Below, piece by piece: positions 10,677 to 22,900 of a stretch of DNA of 28,778 bases. Under the pieces are notes generated by a model that ran no database searches, had not been told where the DNA came from, and worked only from the letters and a program-made list of their open reading frames with translations. How positions within the stretch are numbered: the first letter of the stretch is position 1; every line of letters begins with the position of its first letter. This DNA comes from Azolla caroliniana. Its lineage: Eukaryota; Plantae; Polypodiophyta. The DNA is taken from positions 1-28,778 of the forward strand of contig JBHGNT010000394.1 in assembly GCA_043228905.1 (NCBI GenBank). The letters run 5' to 3'. The translations under genes were made by a program, and so were the position numbers.

Positions 10677-10680
10677 TCAT
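10108..10680 (-). ncRNA. Putative tandem type I hammerhead-ribozyme-like motifs, one per 105-bp unit
   Basis: Minus strand of unit 1 (10167-10108): cgtcttt-ATGAGGA-ggagaggtgcatgggcatgccc-GAAA-cg-ctccct-cg-TC-acaagacg. The order stem I / NUGANGA / stem II / GAAA / 3-bp stem III / GUC / stem I' matches type I, but position 3 is A instead of C. Confidence 0.4.
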
Positions 10681-11902
10681 TACCAGATCAAATGTAGTTG
10701 CGGACCAGTCGTTGAATCTGATGTATACTTTCCTTGGAGATTGTCCAACACGATAGACTGTACCATGCTATTGCGAGTAGTACCTGATTTTTTCGAGCTC
10801 CACTGTATCAACTTTTGTCGAATGGAATGGATAACGGGTGCAATCATAGTCTCCAACGGTATGTTGAAACCAATTTGGAAACCCAAATATTTGGTGCTCA
10901 CTCCTTGATTGATCCATTTGAAAGCGGGACGTGGGTGCCACACCGGATGTGTTTCCTGAGAGAGCCATATTGCGCAAGATTTGTGCCAATTGATCATGGC
11001 ATTGAATCTCTTGCAAAATACAACTAGCCCACTTTCTAGCTTTTGGAGGTTTTCCAAGTCCCCTTGTAGGTAGACCGTTGTGTCATTTGCAAATTTATAT
11101 CCAAGATGCTTTGGTGAGAATGAGGTACGGGAAGACCACGTAGGTTGAGATGTCGCGAGTTGAGAACGCAAGAGAGTGCTTCAGCGTATAATAGAAATAT
11201 GGAGCTAGTGGGCATCCCTGTCGTACAGATTGAGATATTCGGAAAAAGGGGCCCCTTTCACTTGCTAGTGAAACGCAACTGTTGTCATTCCTATAAAGTC
11301 CTGCAATGCCTTTGATCCATGTCTCTTGAAAGCCGAGTTTCCCCATCACACTTTCTAGAAAGTTCCAACATACCTTGTCATATACTTTCTTAAAATCTAG
11401 TAGCACCACTGCTACCTTGTTGTTGATACGCTTGGCAAGGGCTATTGCTTCCCAGAATGAGAAGAGGTTGTCTAGATAGCAAAACCTTGCTTTATAAAAA
11501 AATATGAATGAGGTTGAGTCAAGGGAAAACCTTGTATATTAATGTTTTGCAAAACTTTTGTAACATTCTAGAATCAAATATGTCACAAACACATATAATT
11601 ATGAGGAAAAAACCAAAGTAACACCATTATAGAAGTGATGTTATGAAGCATCATTACTACTAATTGAACAACTTCCACAATGCATGCTAACTTGCCACTA
11701 TCGTATGTGCATTTAGAGTTATTGATGTGGTCAATGGCATGTTCTCGATGGCCGACAACTTACTTCATGTAACATCGTTCTAGGAGATAATCATTAGTTT
11801 CAAGCTAATGACATGGCATTACTATTTTCCAACTACTAGTATGGCATTGATGTAATGTTTTATCCTAGGGGCAGATCCGACAGAGCAGTGCAGGATGTCT
11901 AA

Positions 11903-12253
11903 CGCTTGACATGAACCAAAGGCGTAACAATGTACAAACATGTTGATATCTTGCATAGGATGATGTTGCTAGTGTGTGTGATAGAGAATAGAGATTGATT
12001 GAGCTTGTCCAGGCAAACCGCAAACCAAAGAAAATGCTGGAAGTAAAACTCGAGCATGCTCTCGTTGAGACTAGAGAGCGCTTGACATGAACCAAAGGCG
12101 TAGCAATGTACAAACATGCTGATAAGTTGCATAGGATGATGTTGCTAGTGTGTATGATAGAGAGTAGAGATTGGTCGAGCTTGTCTAGGAAAACCGCAAA
12201 CCAAAGAAAATGTTGGAAGTAAAACCCGAGCATGCTCTCTTTGAGACTAGAGA
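11903..12253. repeat. 176-bp two-copy tandem duplication immediately upstream of the PPR gene
   Basis: cgcttgacatgaaccaaaggcgta at 11903 and 12079; both copies end ...gagcatgctctYKttgagactagaga. Confidence 0.92.
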
Positions 12254-12307
12254 AACAACAAGAGATTATGCTAATGAGATATAACCACGATTATGACTAA
12301 AAAACTA

Positions 12308-12388
12308 AAACCCTAGAATTAAAGCAGTGTTGTCAGTCGGTCTTACTTACATTTTGTATTAGGTTACATATACAGAGATTTAGGGTTT
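12308..12388. promoter_or_regulatory. Two telo-box motifs (AAACCCTA) in inverted orientation just upstream of the PPR ATG
   Basis: aaaccctag 12308-12316 and ttagggttt 12380-12388. Telo-boxes are established TSS-proximal elements of plant housekeeping genes. Confidence 0.55.
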
Positions 12389-12417
12389 TAAGAAGGAACT
12401 CTTTTGCGCAGACGACG

Positions 12418-12440
12418 ATGGCTCGACCTCGGATCTCGCT
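12418..12440 (+). CDS. PPR gene coding exon 1 (MARPRISL)
   Basis: ATG in good context (gacgATGg), strong donor CT|gtaagt at 12441; phase 2 joins in frame to acceptor tttgcAG|15158. Confidence 0.75.
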
Positions 12441-13278
12441 GTAAGTCCATCTCTTTATGTCTGACTGTTTAGAGTTTCTCCTTCTTTTCATAGTAATACT
12501 GCTTCTCTACCATGTCTGTTTTTGGTACCTGTTCTTCTTCCTCTCCTAATCCTTTCACGTTTTTTCATGGAAGTTCGTAATTTCAACCGTCACAGATCAC
12601 GCGTTTTTCTATGCATCCATGGAACAGATTGGACTTCCTGTGGTGCTTCTTTACATTTGAATATCATTTCAAGTTTTTTCTGTTTCTTCGTGATTCTCCT
12701 GCCGCGCCAACCATCATAGAATTGCCTCATTTTCACAACAATCAAGAAATGTTTATTTTGTTTAAGCATTAATGTTGCTAGTAATATAGTATCTCTATGT
12801 ATTGCATTCATCCATGATCGAGAAAGATCCATCTTCCACCATAACTTTGTTAAAGTTAGCAGGCATGGCTAATCATTGCGTCTGCATTTTGACCATACAA
12901 GCTTTCCCGCGCTTCTTCGCTGCATTTGAAATTTATGCCAATTTTCTTCATGATTTTCATGGCGTTTCAGCCATTACAGACTATATTGTGCGTCTACAGA
13001 TAGGTCAGAAAAAAATTATTTTGCCTTTTCATTACATTGTATGATGTGAAGTTTTTTTCGTTCTTTGCTGATTCTTCTTGACACTTTCATGACGTTTCAA
13101 ACGTTTATTGCGTTCCACTGTCTCTCTATCTGTTTCTTGTTCACGTGAATATCATGTAAATATCTTGAAAATGTTTTCACGAGACCAGGATTGAACGAAC
13201 AAAGATCTATTGATGGTGAAAGAAGCACGTTTACTGTGTGAAAGAATTATAGATAATCAACATTTCTAAATCTTCTAC

Positions 13279-13545
13279 ATCAGACGAGAATGTGATTTTT
13301 ATGGGCCAGATTCCGTTACATTGAAAATTTCCAGTTTAGATAAGAATATGATCATATAAACGAGATTCTGTTAGATTTAGGAAATATTTATCGGACAAGA
13401 ATGTTAGTTTATGGATCAGATTCTATTTGATTTTAAAGCTTCTAGATCGGACGAGAAGGTGATTATTTTCTGAACCTGATCCTGTTAGATTTAATGTTTA
13501 TAAACCAGACAAGAATGCGAATTTATGAACCATATTTTGTTAAGT
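13279..13545. repeat. Degenerate ~56-bp tandem repeat, ~5 copies, in the PPR intron
   Basis: YRgaYRagaa core at 13281, 13338, 13392, 13448, 13506, each followed by a gattctgtta-like motif. Confidence 0.65.
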
Positions 13546-14250
13546 TTATCGGTGTTACTGATGGAATTCATCTAACCTCTGCAGAAGTGTGTGAAGAACT
13601 TGTTTTTTTGCTGCATTATCTCGAGAAATCTCTATGTGAACTTAGATTTACTAGACTTACCAAGGGAAGACGTCTAGTTTCATCAAGAACTTGATTTTGA
13701 GCTTCGTTTTTTCTTAACTATGATACATTTGTCTCTCGGAATGATTTACACTTGTTTTAAGGTCTTGTTGCAGTGGAATATTTTACCTTCATTGACATAG
13801 AATCTCTTGTGCTGTTTATCAAACCATCCAATTTCGTGCAGTATCGCACTAAATCCTGCATTTCTATCTTCTTTTTAACACAGCTTATCTGTGTCTTTTG
13901 TCTTTCGTTTGAAAAGCTATCTATTTTCTGCACAGGCTTTCCGGACAGTTGTTATTTATATTATTCGACTTTCACTACTAAGACAGTCCTTGGTTTTAAT
14001 CTGAACGTCTTTTATACTTTTCCTTCTGATATGTGTTCTGCATTTCTCTCAGTATGATCTTTCCATGCTTGTTTTCAGTTCTTGTAGCATTCAACCATTT
14101 TCCCTTCAATTATTCTATATTTGTCTTTCTCTTACACTTGTTTTTAGGCATTTTATCAGAGTGTTTGAACTATTTTTATCTTGCAGTATGCTATACTCTT
14201 TATTTTGGAAGCATCAAAATAGTTTGAATGCCTTTAGCTTAGTTTTTCTG

Positions 14251-14470
14251 CATGTTTTTCATGTCTTGTAAAATCAAGTAATTTGAACGTTTCTCTGTAG
14301 TTTTGCTGCAGTAGGACTTATAGAATCGAAGTGTTTGAGTTTTTATCAAGAACTTCTTGTATCTTAATATGATTTAGTTGCTTAATTTTCTCTCTGTATG
14401 ATTTCCATGTTTTTCATGTTGTGTAAAATCATGTCATTTGAACGTATCTCTGTAGTTTTGCTGCAGTAGG
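14251..14470. repeat. 65-bp direct repeat pair (155-bp offset) in the PPR intron
   Basis: catgtttttcatgt...tctctgtagttttgctgcagtagg at 14251-14315 and 14406-14470. Confidence 0.85.
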
Positions 14471-15157
14471 TTAAGAAGTAGATTCATTTTTTTCATTTTT
14501 ATTTTCTCCTCAAGAATATTTGCATGTGAAGGAAGTTAAGCCTTTTTAGTTATCATTGAAATCTTCTCATATAGGCTTGCAAAAAATAAAGGCATGCTTT
14601 ATTTTAATCAACATTAATGGAAACTGTATTCCCTGTTTTGTGATTTCATACTTCCTTGTGATACAGTGTTTCACACTTGTTGATGTTAGACATTTTCACT
14701 GTAAACCATGCAAAACTCTTCATCTACTTGTGTCAACGTGCTAGCAAGGGATTGGATGCCCTCGTTTACCATGTCAATATGTAGATGTGCAAAAATGTTA
14801 ATGGAGAAAATGGAGTGTTATCACATTATTGTTTCCATGTATACTGTAATCATACATGCGTTTATATTTAGGATTTACAGAAAATAACTGTTCTAAAAAT
14901 TTGAAGTAAGATATTTGAAATGAATCAGAATAGCCCTGTAATTTTGGATGCATAAGTTTTGACAGCATCATTTATAAGTCAGAACTATCATCCTGGTCCT
15001 TGCAGAGGCTGTAAGGTCTTTTTTCTCCAAGAATGGCTGTAAATAGTTTAATATCTATAGGGAAAAAAGGAAATTACAAAGCAAAAGGGGAGGCTTCATC
15101 ACTTTTACTGCTGGGATTTCTATTCCAACTACTTATCTAAAACATTTCCCTTTGCAG

Positions 15158-16922
15158 TTGGCAGGCATACAAGCTTCTTGGTGACCCCCCATTGGTAGCT
15201 CCCAAATCTGATTTGACAGTGAGGATTAGCTTCGGTATTGCGTCTAGAAAGCACTGCTGCAGATCATTCTCAGCTGAGACAGTGGATCTTATGAATAGTT
15301 CAGATATTTCAACAAACCAAGTAGAACTAGATCCTACTATTCCCAAGGCTAAAAGCAATTTAAGGAAGGTGCTAGAAGTTTGTGGAGGTAAGTCATGGAA
15401 TACAGATGTTGAGGAAGCTTTAGGTGAATACTCAGGAAAACTCAGTCATCATCTGGTATCAAGGGTAGTCCAAAACATGGGATCTGACTTTGCAGAGAAA
15501 TTTTTCACTTGGGCGGGAAAACAAGAGGGTTATGAACACAGCAAACATGTTTATAGTACAATGTTCAGAAACTTAATACGATCAGGCAAGTTTGAAAAGC
15601 CCTTGGAGATTCTTAAGGAGATGAAAGAGAGTGACATGCCTGTCAACCCTAAATTATTTGTCACTTTAGTTCATTACTTTGGGAAAGCTGGCATGGCATC
15701 TAAAGCAGAGGAAATTCCAGAGATTATGGAATCTTTTGGTTTCAGTCCTAACCCAAAGGTTTATGATGCCGCATTGACTGGTTTCATTAAGGCCAGTGAT
15801 TATGAAAGGGCAGAGAAGTTGATACAGCGATTATCGGATGAAAGCATTGAGGGTAAAATAGACTACTTTAATTCTGCTGTTGCAGTATATGCTCGATCCA
15901 ATGAGATAGAATTTGCACAGAAGGTGGTGGAGGAGATGGAAAAAAATGATTGCCCACCAAATATTCAGACTTACAAGATGCTTGTGAAGTCTATGTGTAA
16001 GTCCAACAAAATAGATGAGGCTATGAAATGCTGTGAAGTTATGCATGAAAAGGGTCTTAACCCAGATATGGATATATACAATACTCTAATCAGCGATCTG
16101 TGCCAGGAAAAGAAGATGGATGAAGCGCTCCAGCTTTTTCAAGGGATGAAATCAAATGGTCTTAAACCAGACATCACAACACATAATTGTATAATTAAAG
16201 GATACCTAAAGTTGGGACAATATGACAAAGCAAACCAGCATTTAGGGGAGATGGAAGCAGATGGATGCACACCTACAACTGACACCAAAAGGTTGTTTAT
16301 TGTGAACCAATGCAAGGTGAATGATGTTGAGAAAGCAGTGGGGGAATTTAAAACTGCATCAGAGAAAGGGGAGAAGTTGTCTCCTGATTCTTGCAATATT
16401 CTACTACGTGGACTTATCAAAAGTGGAAAGCTTGCTGAAGCATTAGGGGTTTTAGACGCAATGAAAGGTGGTGTATGTACGCCTGATGTAACCAGCTATG
16501 TGATAGTGTTGCGAGGCTGTTGCAATTTGTATAAGCTAGAGAAAGCCAAACAGCTCTTAAGTGAGCTAAAAGCTGAAAGATTGCAGTTGCCTATAAGCAC
16601 TTTCAATATGCTAATGCAAACATTTAGTATTGCATCCAAATTTGATGATGTAGGTGACATGTTTGATGAGTTGTTAGCCACTAATCCAAAACTGTTAACA
16701 AGAGAGGCTACAGCTATTCTTGATGCGCTGAATCGAGCTCGACAGCTTGACAAAGGTATAAAATTATGCAAGTACGTCATGGATAAAGGCAATATTAAAG
16801 TACAGTCACGGCAGCTCCAGCATCTTCTCCGTCTGCTGAATAAGAAAGATAGGAAATCAGAAGCAACAGAGCTCATGAATGCAATGGTGGAACAGGATTG
16901 CGTCATAAAATCAGATGAATGA
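15158..16922 (+). CDS. P-class pentatricopeptide repeat protein, main exon (full CDS join 12418-12440,15158-16922; 595 aa); probably mitochondrial
   Basis: About 13 contiguous 35-aa motifs (e.g. DIYNTLISDLCQEKKMDEALQLFQGMKSNGLKPDI), preceded by the typical AEKFFTWAGKQEGYEH segment; no E/DYW domain; R/S-rich N-terminus ending CRSFS. Confidence 0.92.
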
Positions 16923-17849
16923 CTTGGTTGGTGCACGTCCTCAGTTTCTTTCGTGGTGATATTTTATCAACAAGCCAAGATGTGTGATAACAATAAATTT
17001 GATCAGATGTATTTCTTTGCATAACCATTGAAAGTGATCAAAAGATTGTTTCTCTGTAGCATGAGGTTGAATGTTGATTTTTTTTATGAGTCAATACATT
17101 TTCATGCCCATGTCTAGGTGTACTTAACGCGGTAAATAATTATTTTGTTGGCCAAATGTGTGTTTTAGCTACACAGGAAAGATGAGGGCACCCACCAGTA
17201 AACATTTATATAGTAAGTCAAAGGATAATGGTCATTTCTATGAGGCTTTGCTTCTGTTCAAAATCACCTGTTAATGCTAGAATCTAATATTTGTGTATAA
17301 GAAGTATATATATTGATCAAACAGGGTCAGCTTAAAACCTGAAGTTAATATTTGGCGAATATCCCATCCTCCTGATTATAATGTGTTTTATCTCTACGGT
17401 GCAAAACAGTCTACCTTATGTGGCAATGATCATCATGACAGCAATCTTGGCAGCTCATACTTTGCAGACAGGCATTTTGGTACGTGCAAACATATCTTGC
17501 TGTGATTTGTCAGATGCCAGTAATTTATACAATGTTTATTTAATGATATTGTGGTGAAGGCTGACATGCGATTTTAATATTACTGAAGAAAATCTTACTT
17601 GTGATTGTTTTGCAATGCTTTGAATCAATGGCAAATATATTTTCAACTATTTATGGAAAATGACTCACTTCATGATGAAGCCAAATGAAATACCCCTGTC
17701 CGATTACAAGATGTACTCAATATTTGTCTTTTCTTTAGTTCATATTAATAGTACCCACCAAAATAAGCTTCCATGGGGTATCAAGAATATAATGCAGTGT
17801 CAAATGAAGATGAGTACCAAAACACTAAGATTGATGCAGATATTTGGAC

Positions 17850-18398
17850 AAAAAACAAAATGCTTCACTAGTCAAAATGGGGAGATAATCATATATCCTA
17901 GGTAGACTATTTGTCTATCCAAGAATTGTTACTTGTGTTTGTGTTTTGATATGTGTGGATCATGTACCCCTTTATTCGTTGTTCTGTTCTTTGATTGATG
18001 AAACCCCTTCAAATACTATAATGAAAAGGAATTTTAAGTCTTGGTTATGTGCATGTCAAGGTAGTTTATTTTCACTCATCATATCAAACACGCAAGCTCC
18101 ACAAGACACTCTATAAGCTGAGGATAAAAAACAATGTGCTTTGTTTGTCAAAATGGTGAGATAATTATATATTCTAGGTTGACTGTCATTCTCTATTCAA
18201 TAAATGTTACTTGTATTTGTGTTTGATTTGTTTGTATCATGTACACCGTCATTTGGTGATCTGTTCAACTGATGAAATTCCTTTTGGTACTGTAATGGAA
18301 GGGAATTTTAAAGTTTAAAGCTTGGGCGCACATGTCAGGTAATTTATTTTCGGTTGTTGGCATCAAACACATTAGCTACACAAGCCACTCTATAAGCC
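17850..18398. repeat. Diverged two-copy tandem duplication, ~276-bp period
   Basis: gtcaaaatggKgagataatYatatat at 17871 and 18147; both copies end ...cactctataagc. Confidence 0.8.
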
Positions 18399-18512
18399 AA
18401 CATTTCAAATTAATCATTAGCAATAGACATTGTTACTAGTCACATTGTTTTGAAAATAGAGTAGCACAGTATGCCCACTTCCCAGAAATCCCTTTGCGAA
18501 ATGGTGGAAGGT

Positions 18513-18518
<6 letters not shown>

Positions 18519-18599
<81 letters not shown>

Positions 18600-18600
18600 A
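18519..18600. repeat. Compound microsatellite (CT)28(CA)13
   Basis: Read directly. Confidence 0.97.
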
Positions 18601-19670
18601 GGAAATAAATAATTAGACCAGCATGCAATTGTATATGTATGAATAAATGTAATTGCTATGTTGTGAATAAAGATAAATACACATTGAACCATTTATTTCA
18701 TTATTATTATGGGTTCATATGATTGCCCAAACACCTTGAGTTCTCTAATTACCATTTCATATTTAAGGATTAATTTACTGAAGTTAAATTAACCATGAAT
18801 CTATTTACAATCAGAAAGAGGATAGCAATGTATAATTTAGATTCATTGTGCTGGCTATAGCACTACTTGACAAACGCTTGAAAGTTGTTTCAGCATCAAC
18901 AAATTGTTGCTTCATCTATTGCATAGTGATCATTTTGGTGTTTTTTGAGCATCAACAGAAGTTGTCAATATAGAAGTACCTAGAGAAATGACATGAATGG
19001 GGAAGGGGAATTATCATGGGATCTAGAACATGGCACAAAAGTTAATAGTAGTATATGAAGGCTTCATAGGACAATGCAGTATTTCTCTCTACTTCAGTGA
19101 ACCTCAAACCTCATTCATTTAGCAATTATTTAACATTTCGTTAGCATTGGCATTCTTTGCTAAAAGACATTGGATATGCTTAACAAGGAAATAATTTTAG
19201 ACATGCAACATGATAGAGAGTACTCACACATAGAATGAGCACTTCAATTTTTTATTACCCAAGATTGTTGTAATGTCTCTGACCAAAGCAATCCATTGAT
19301 CATAAAATATAATTTGGTGATGATGACATTTTACATAAATTTTATATAAAGAAAATGTGAATCGACTTTAATGTTTGAATGAGGTGAACTCAACATATTA
19401 GCAACTCTCTACAGACGTAGAGCTTTGCCAAACTAGTAGTGATTGCAATGGTACAAAGATAAGTTGCTGAAGGGATTTCACTCGTCTTTCATTTTAGTAG
19501 TCTTCTTGACATGTGAAACCCGTGCTTTGGATCGCATGTGAATTGTTTTAGAATTATCACCTTTATGTCTAGACAAAAGGTGTATAGACTATTGATTGGG
19601 GAGATATGTGATGGAAGTTTGTGTGTTATTCGGGCAGAGCGACTCTGCTAAGAATACAAAATTCTTTTTC

Positions 19671-19910
19671 TCACTCAATTTTAGCTACCCCGTCAAGCTC
19701 TTTTTGTGTTAATAGAACCCCGTTTGTGCTTTTTTGATGCAGAGAGGATGTTATCTGTGGAGATGAAGATGAAAAAGATAGAGATGTAGTCGAGCTCTCT
19801 TCATCGTCCGACATTTCAGCATCAATAAACGCTGGCTGATTTGTTGTCGAGAGCAATCTAGCCCACATTCTATCATAAATGTTGACACGATTTTGTTTTT
19901 CTGTTACTCT
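19671..19910 (-). CDS. PFK: PFK exon 14 (terminal)
   Basis: [28 protein letters not shown]..stop TGA. Confidence 0.92.
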   Translation of the reverse strand, partial: RVTEKQNRVNIYDRMWARLLSTTNQPAFIDAEMSDDEESSTTSLSFSSSSPQITSSLHQKSTNGVLLTQKELDGVAKIE

Positions 19911-22900
19911 CTGCATCAATCAACCAATCAAAGAGGCAAATTTGGCTTAGAAGCTTATTATGTGGAAAAAACAGGATGTGAAAAAAGAAGACTGTTTTGA
20001 ATGGATATAATCACCGAGATGGGAATGTATGAGTGACGACCATTCACAGGTGCAACGGTGAACCCTGTATATCCAGCCATTGCACCATGAATACCACTTT
20101 GCGCTAGTAGAGTGCAGTACACATTATCTGATGCATTACTAGGAATAGCTCGAATCATGTATGTTGGATCTGAAAATTTACCATAATTTTAGGCCAAAAA
20201 TCATCAGTAGATTAAAATTGCCAACAATGGTTAATACTTCTGAACAAATAGCAAGTAGATTAACATGAGTATGTACTTTCATGGTTGCTTTTGTAATGTA
20301 GTACTGCTTACCAATGTATTTAAGATTCAAAGACCCTTTCTTTGTTGAAATAAAATGATCCTTCATGGTAATAATGAAAAAGTAGTTAATTTGGTTAATA
20401 CAAATCGCTTGAGAGTGTATTTATACATGACACTGAGTTGAATTGAGTCACTTCGTTTACCTTGAGCTTCTCTGAAAGCCATAAGCCAATATCAAGGAGC
20501 AATTGATTCCCTGATTCATCACAACCGCTTTCTTTCCCACAAGTCTTTAGAAGTTCTTGTCCAGCACCTTCGGCTACAACTATAACCATATGACCATTCT
20601 CTCGGAGGCGGCGCTCTACAAATTCATACAAACCACCCTTGCCCTCTAGATAAAAGGGAACTTCGGGTATCAGACATAAATCCTGCATAGCAAACACGAG
20701 TTTCTCATCTTCATATGGGCTCATTAGTGTGCAGAGGTAACATTGGGTAGTAATGACAATAAAAACCTCACCACATCACGGCTTGCAAGAGTTGCAAACA
20801 TTGCAATATATCCTGCAAGGCAGCCTTTCATATTAGCGCACTAACTGAAAGTGTCAAAATAAATATCCCAAGTGAAATAAACATGAAGGGGTAAGTCTTC
20901 CTTATTTAAATTCTAATGGTACATGTCTTTCTGATTTAAAAATTGATGGTACTAATTTAGTGATTCTCCTTGCTTAATCAATTCATTTACATTCCAGATT
21001 GGTGTTTTTACTATGCCTCTTAGAGCTCATTTTGTGCTCTAAGAGAGTTTGGCCAATACATGTAACTCTGGATCAATGTAATGATGCTCACAAGGCTAGA
21101 GATGTACCTTGGCAAGGAGGCATCTACCATTTCAATATGTTTTCTAAGGATTATGTAGTGCTAGTAATGAACACAAAACACATCCTACATTAGTTTACAT
21201 TACAATACATGGAAGTTAGAGAAATGGAATGGGGAAACAATCTCACCTAGAGTTAGTACATGCTAAATATATTTTCATGATGAATGAAGGATATTTTAAT
21301 GCATTCATGAAAGTTTAATAAACAAAACTGGAATGCATGATATCAAAATGGAGCTGTGGTGGTGGACAGAAAAAGAAAGAAGAAAAATCAACAAACTATG
21401 CCACTTAGAGAAATTTGGCAAATTGATAGAAGGTCCTGAAATCAGTTTATGTGTAAGAGAAAACCAGGCTGCAATAAGGGGGCACAACATCGGAAAATAG
21501 AAGGTTGAAGAAAGACCATTCAATGAAGCAAAAAAGATATCAATTTGCATGTATGCAGAGAGAATGGCAAAGAGAAAGTAGATATTGTGAAGCAAAAAAC
21601 CTACACTTGTTTTGATAGAAATGTCTGACTTATTTTCCCAAGCAACAAACAGACTTCTGGCTAAACTTGGGGTCACTGCACTAGGTTCACGTAGTTAAAA
21701 GGGATAGTGAGTCGATTAAGGTCATTGCTATCACTTGCTTCATTTCATGTTTTTCTACCATGTTACTCAAGTTCAATCTAGTTTCATTTCACAATAATAT
21801 GAAGATTTACACAAGGTTCTGCTTTGTAGGAAAATATACAAAACCTCACACAGTCTAATTCTATATGGCCATCTTCCATGATTAATCATGGATCAGCTTC
21901 TGCAAGTAACTTTAACAAACCAAGAACATAGCATAATAAAGAATTGGAGTCTCCAACTTCTGAAATCATTTGAGGTAATTTTGATCATCTACAACATTAG
22001 GCATGCAATTTGTTACACTTTTAAACTTTATACATATTACATATGTGTGAAAAGTGAAGTAAACCTTGGAATAAAGATAAAATGAGAAGAAAGAGTAACT
22101 TCTCTAGTCAAAGAATACAAGTGAAAATATGCATGTACAATTAAAAAAATTTAGAGTAAACTTCACCTCATTCATTCAACTCATCATGAATACCTAGGAT
22201 AAAAACTAAGTCATTCTCACTCACATTATTAATTTACCAAGAGTAGAAAAGAATACAAGTGAAAAATATGCATACATATAAGCCCAAACATTTTGACATT
22301 TTGAGTGTAATCTTCACCTCTAGAGTTTTTAGCTCATCATGAATAAATGCTTTGAACCAAAAGCTAACTCATTCTCACACGCAATATAAGTTGCCCAAGA
22401 GTAGATATAGGATTATTAAAAAACAAATACCTTGAAATTTTGTCACATCTCAACAGAAGACAAAAATCACCCAACATGAAGGCTATCAAAACTATTACCA
22501 CAGTTATCTCCATTATCAAAAGAAGGATCATCTCCCAATTCTCAAACAAAACAAAACTAATGCAAGTATACATGCAGTATCTCATGAAACTCCAATAAGT
22601 TTTACAAAGATCCCATATCTACTATGGAAAAGAAATAGCGTGATCCATATAGAGCATAATAATAGGCTAGTTCATGTGACCTTGATGATGATCAGTGCCC
22701 GCGTTTCAAGCCTGTTAGAGTTCCCATGGTCTCTGGATTTGGGGGGGTAATAATGATCATTGTTTATTTTCCTCCCAAATTTCTGTAATTTTCTTTGAAG
22801 AACTTGGGAATGGCTCTTGGAAGGATAGAGATTATTGACATTGTCTATCATGGCTGAAAGTTAACTGCTAAAGATATCTAAGATATTACGGAAGGACATA

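Larger units (their letters stand above)
9258..10680. mobile_element. Unclassified ~1.4-kb non-coding element embedded in the LINE (tRNA-like boxes, TATA-like site, 105-bp array)
   Basis: LINE-like translation stops at ~10681 (QIQRLVRNYI*SG) and resumes at ~9257 (PTLEHATSRQRKISWDLLQWTWRDPY). The intervening sequence has no LINE similarity. No TSD seen. Confidence 0.55.
7417..11474 (-). mobile_element. 5'-truncated, degenerate LINE (L1/Tx1-like) with A-rich tail and 14-bp TSD; interrupted by a solo LTR and a foreign segment
   Basis: Minus-strand RT motifs LDNLFSFWEA..VLLDFKKVYDKVCWNFL..SVRQGCPLAPY (11095-11474), FANDTTVYL (FADD-like), INWHKS, KYLGF; zf-RVT CVECPHAVESIRHALWDCP (8559-8954); C-terminal ITLWILWKQRCR and IRWNYRVP (7500-7810). 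T-rich tract 7417-7441 is an A-rich tail on the minus strand. TSD: gatagtaaaacctt (7403-7416) versus gatagcaaaacctt (11475-11488), 13/14 identical. Confidence 0.85.

Noticed and set aside
9994-10908. Long ORFs in several frames (228 aa, 299 aa, 166 aa etc.) with 35-aa repeats
   Set aside because: A 105-bp unit is a multiple of 3 and lacks stops in several frames, so ORFs open on both strands by construction; no recognisable domain.
12522-14744. Short hydrophobic ORFs in the PPR intron
   Set aside because: T-rich intronic composition yields Phe/Leu-rich spurious ORFs.
15001-15015. Possible micro-exon tgcag|aggct|gtaagg in the PPR intron
   Set aside because: Five nt would shift the frame; the direct 12440-15158 splice is already in frame.
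15137-16936. Antisense ORFs within the PPR exon
   Set aside because: Shadow frames.
18417-18692. ORFs with ERERER/CVCVC runs
   Set aside because: Translation of the (CT)n(CA)n microsatellite.
22683-22858. Possible C/D snoRNA (TGATGA...CTGA) in PFK intron 9
   Set aside because: Opposite strand to the host gene, no terminal stem or guide recognised, and overlaps a local duplication.
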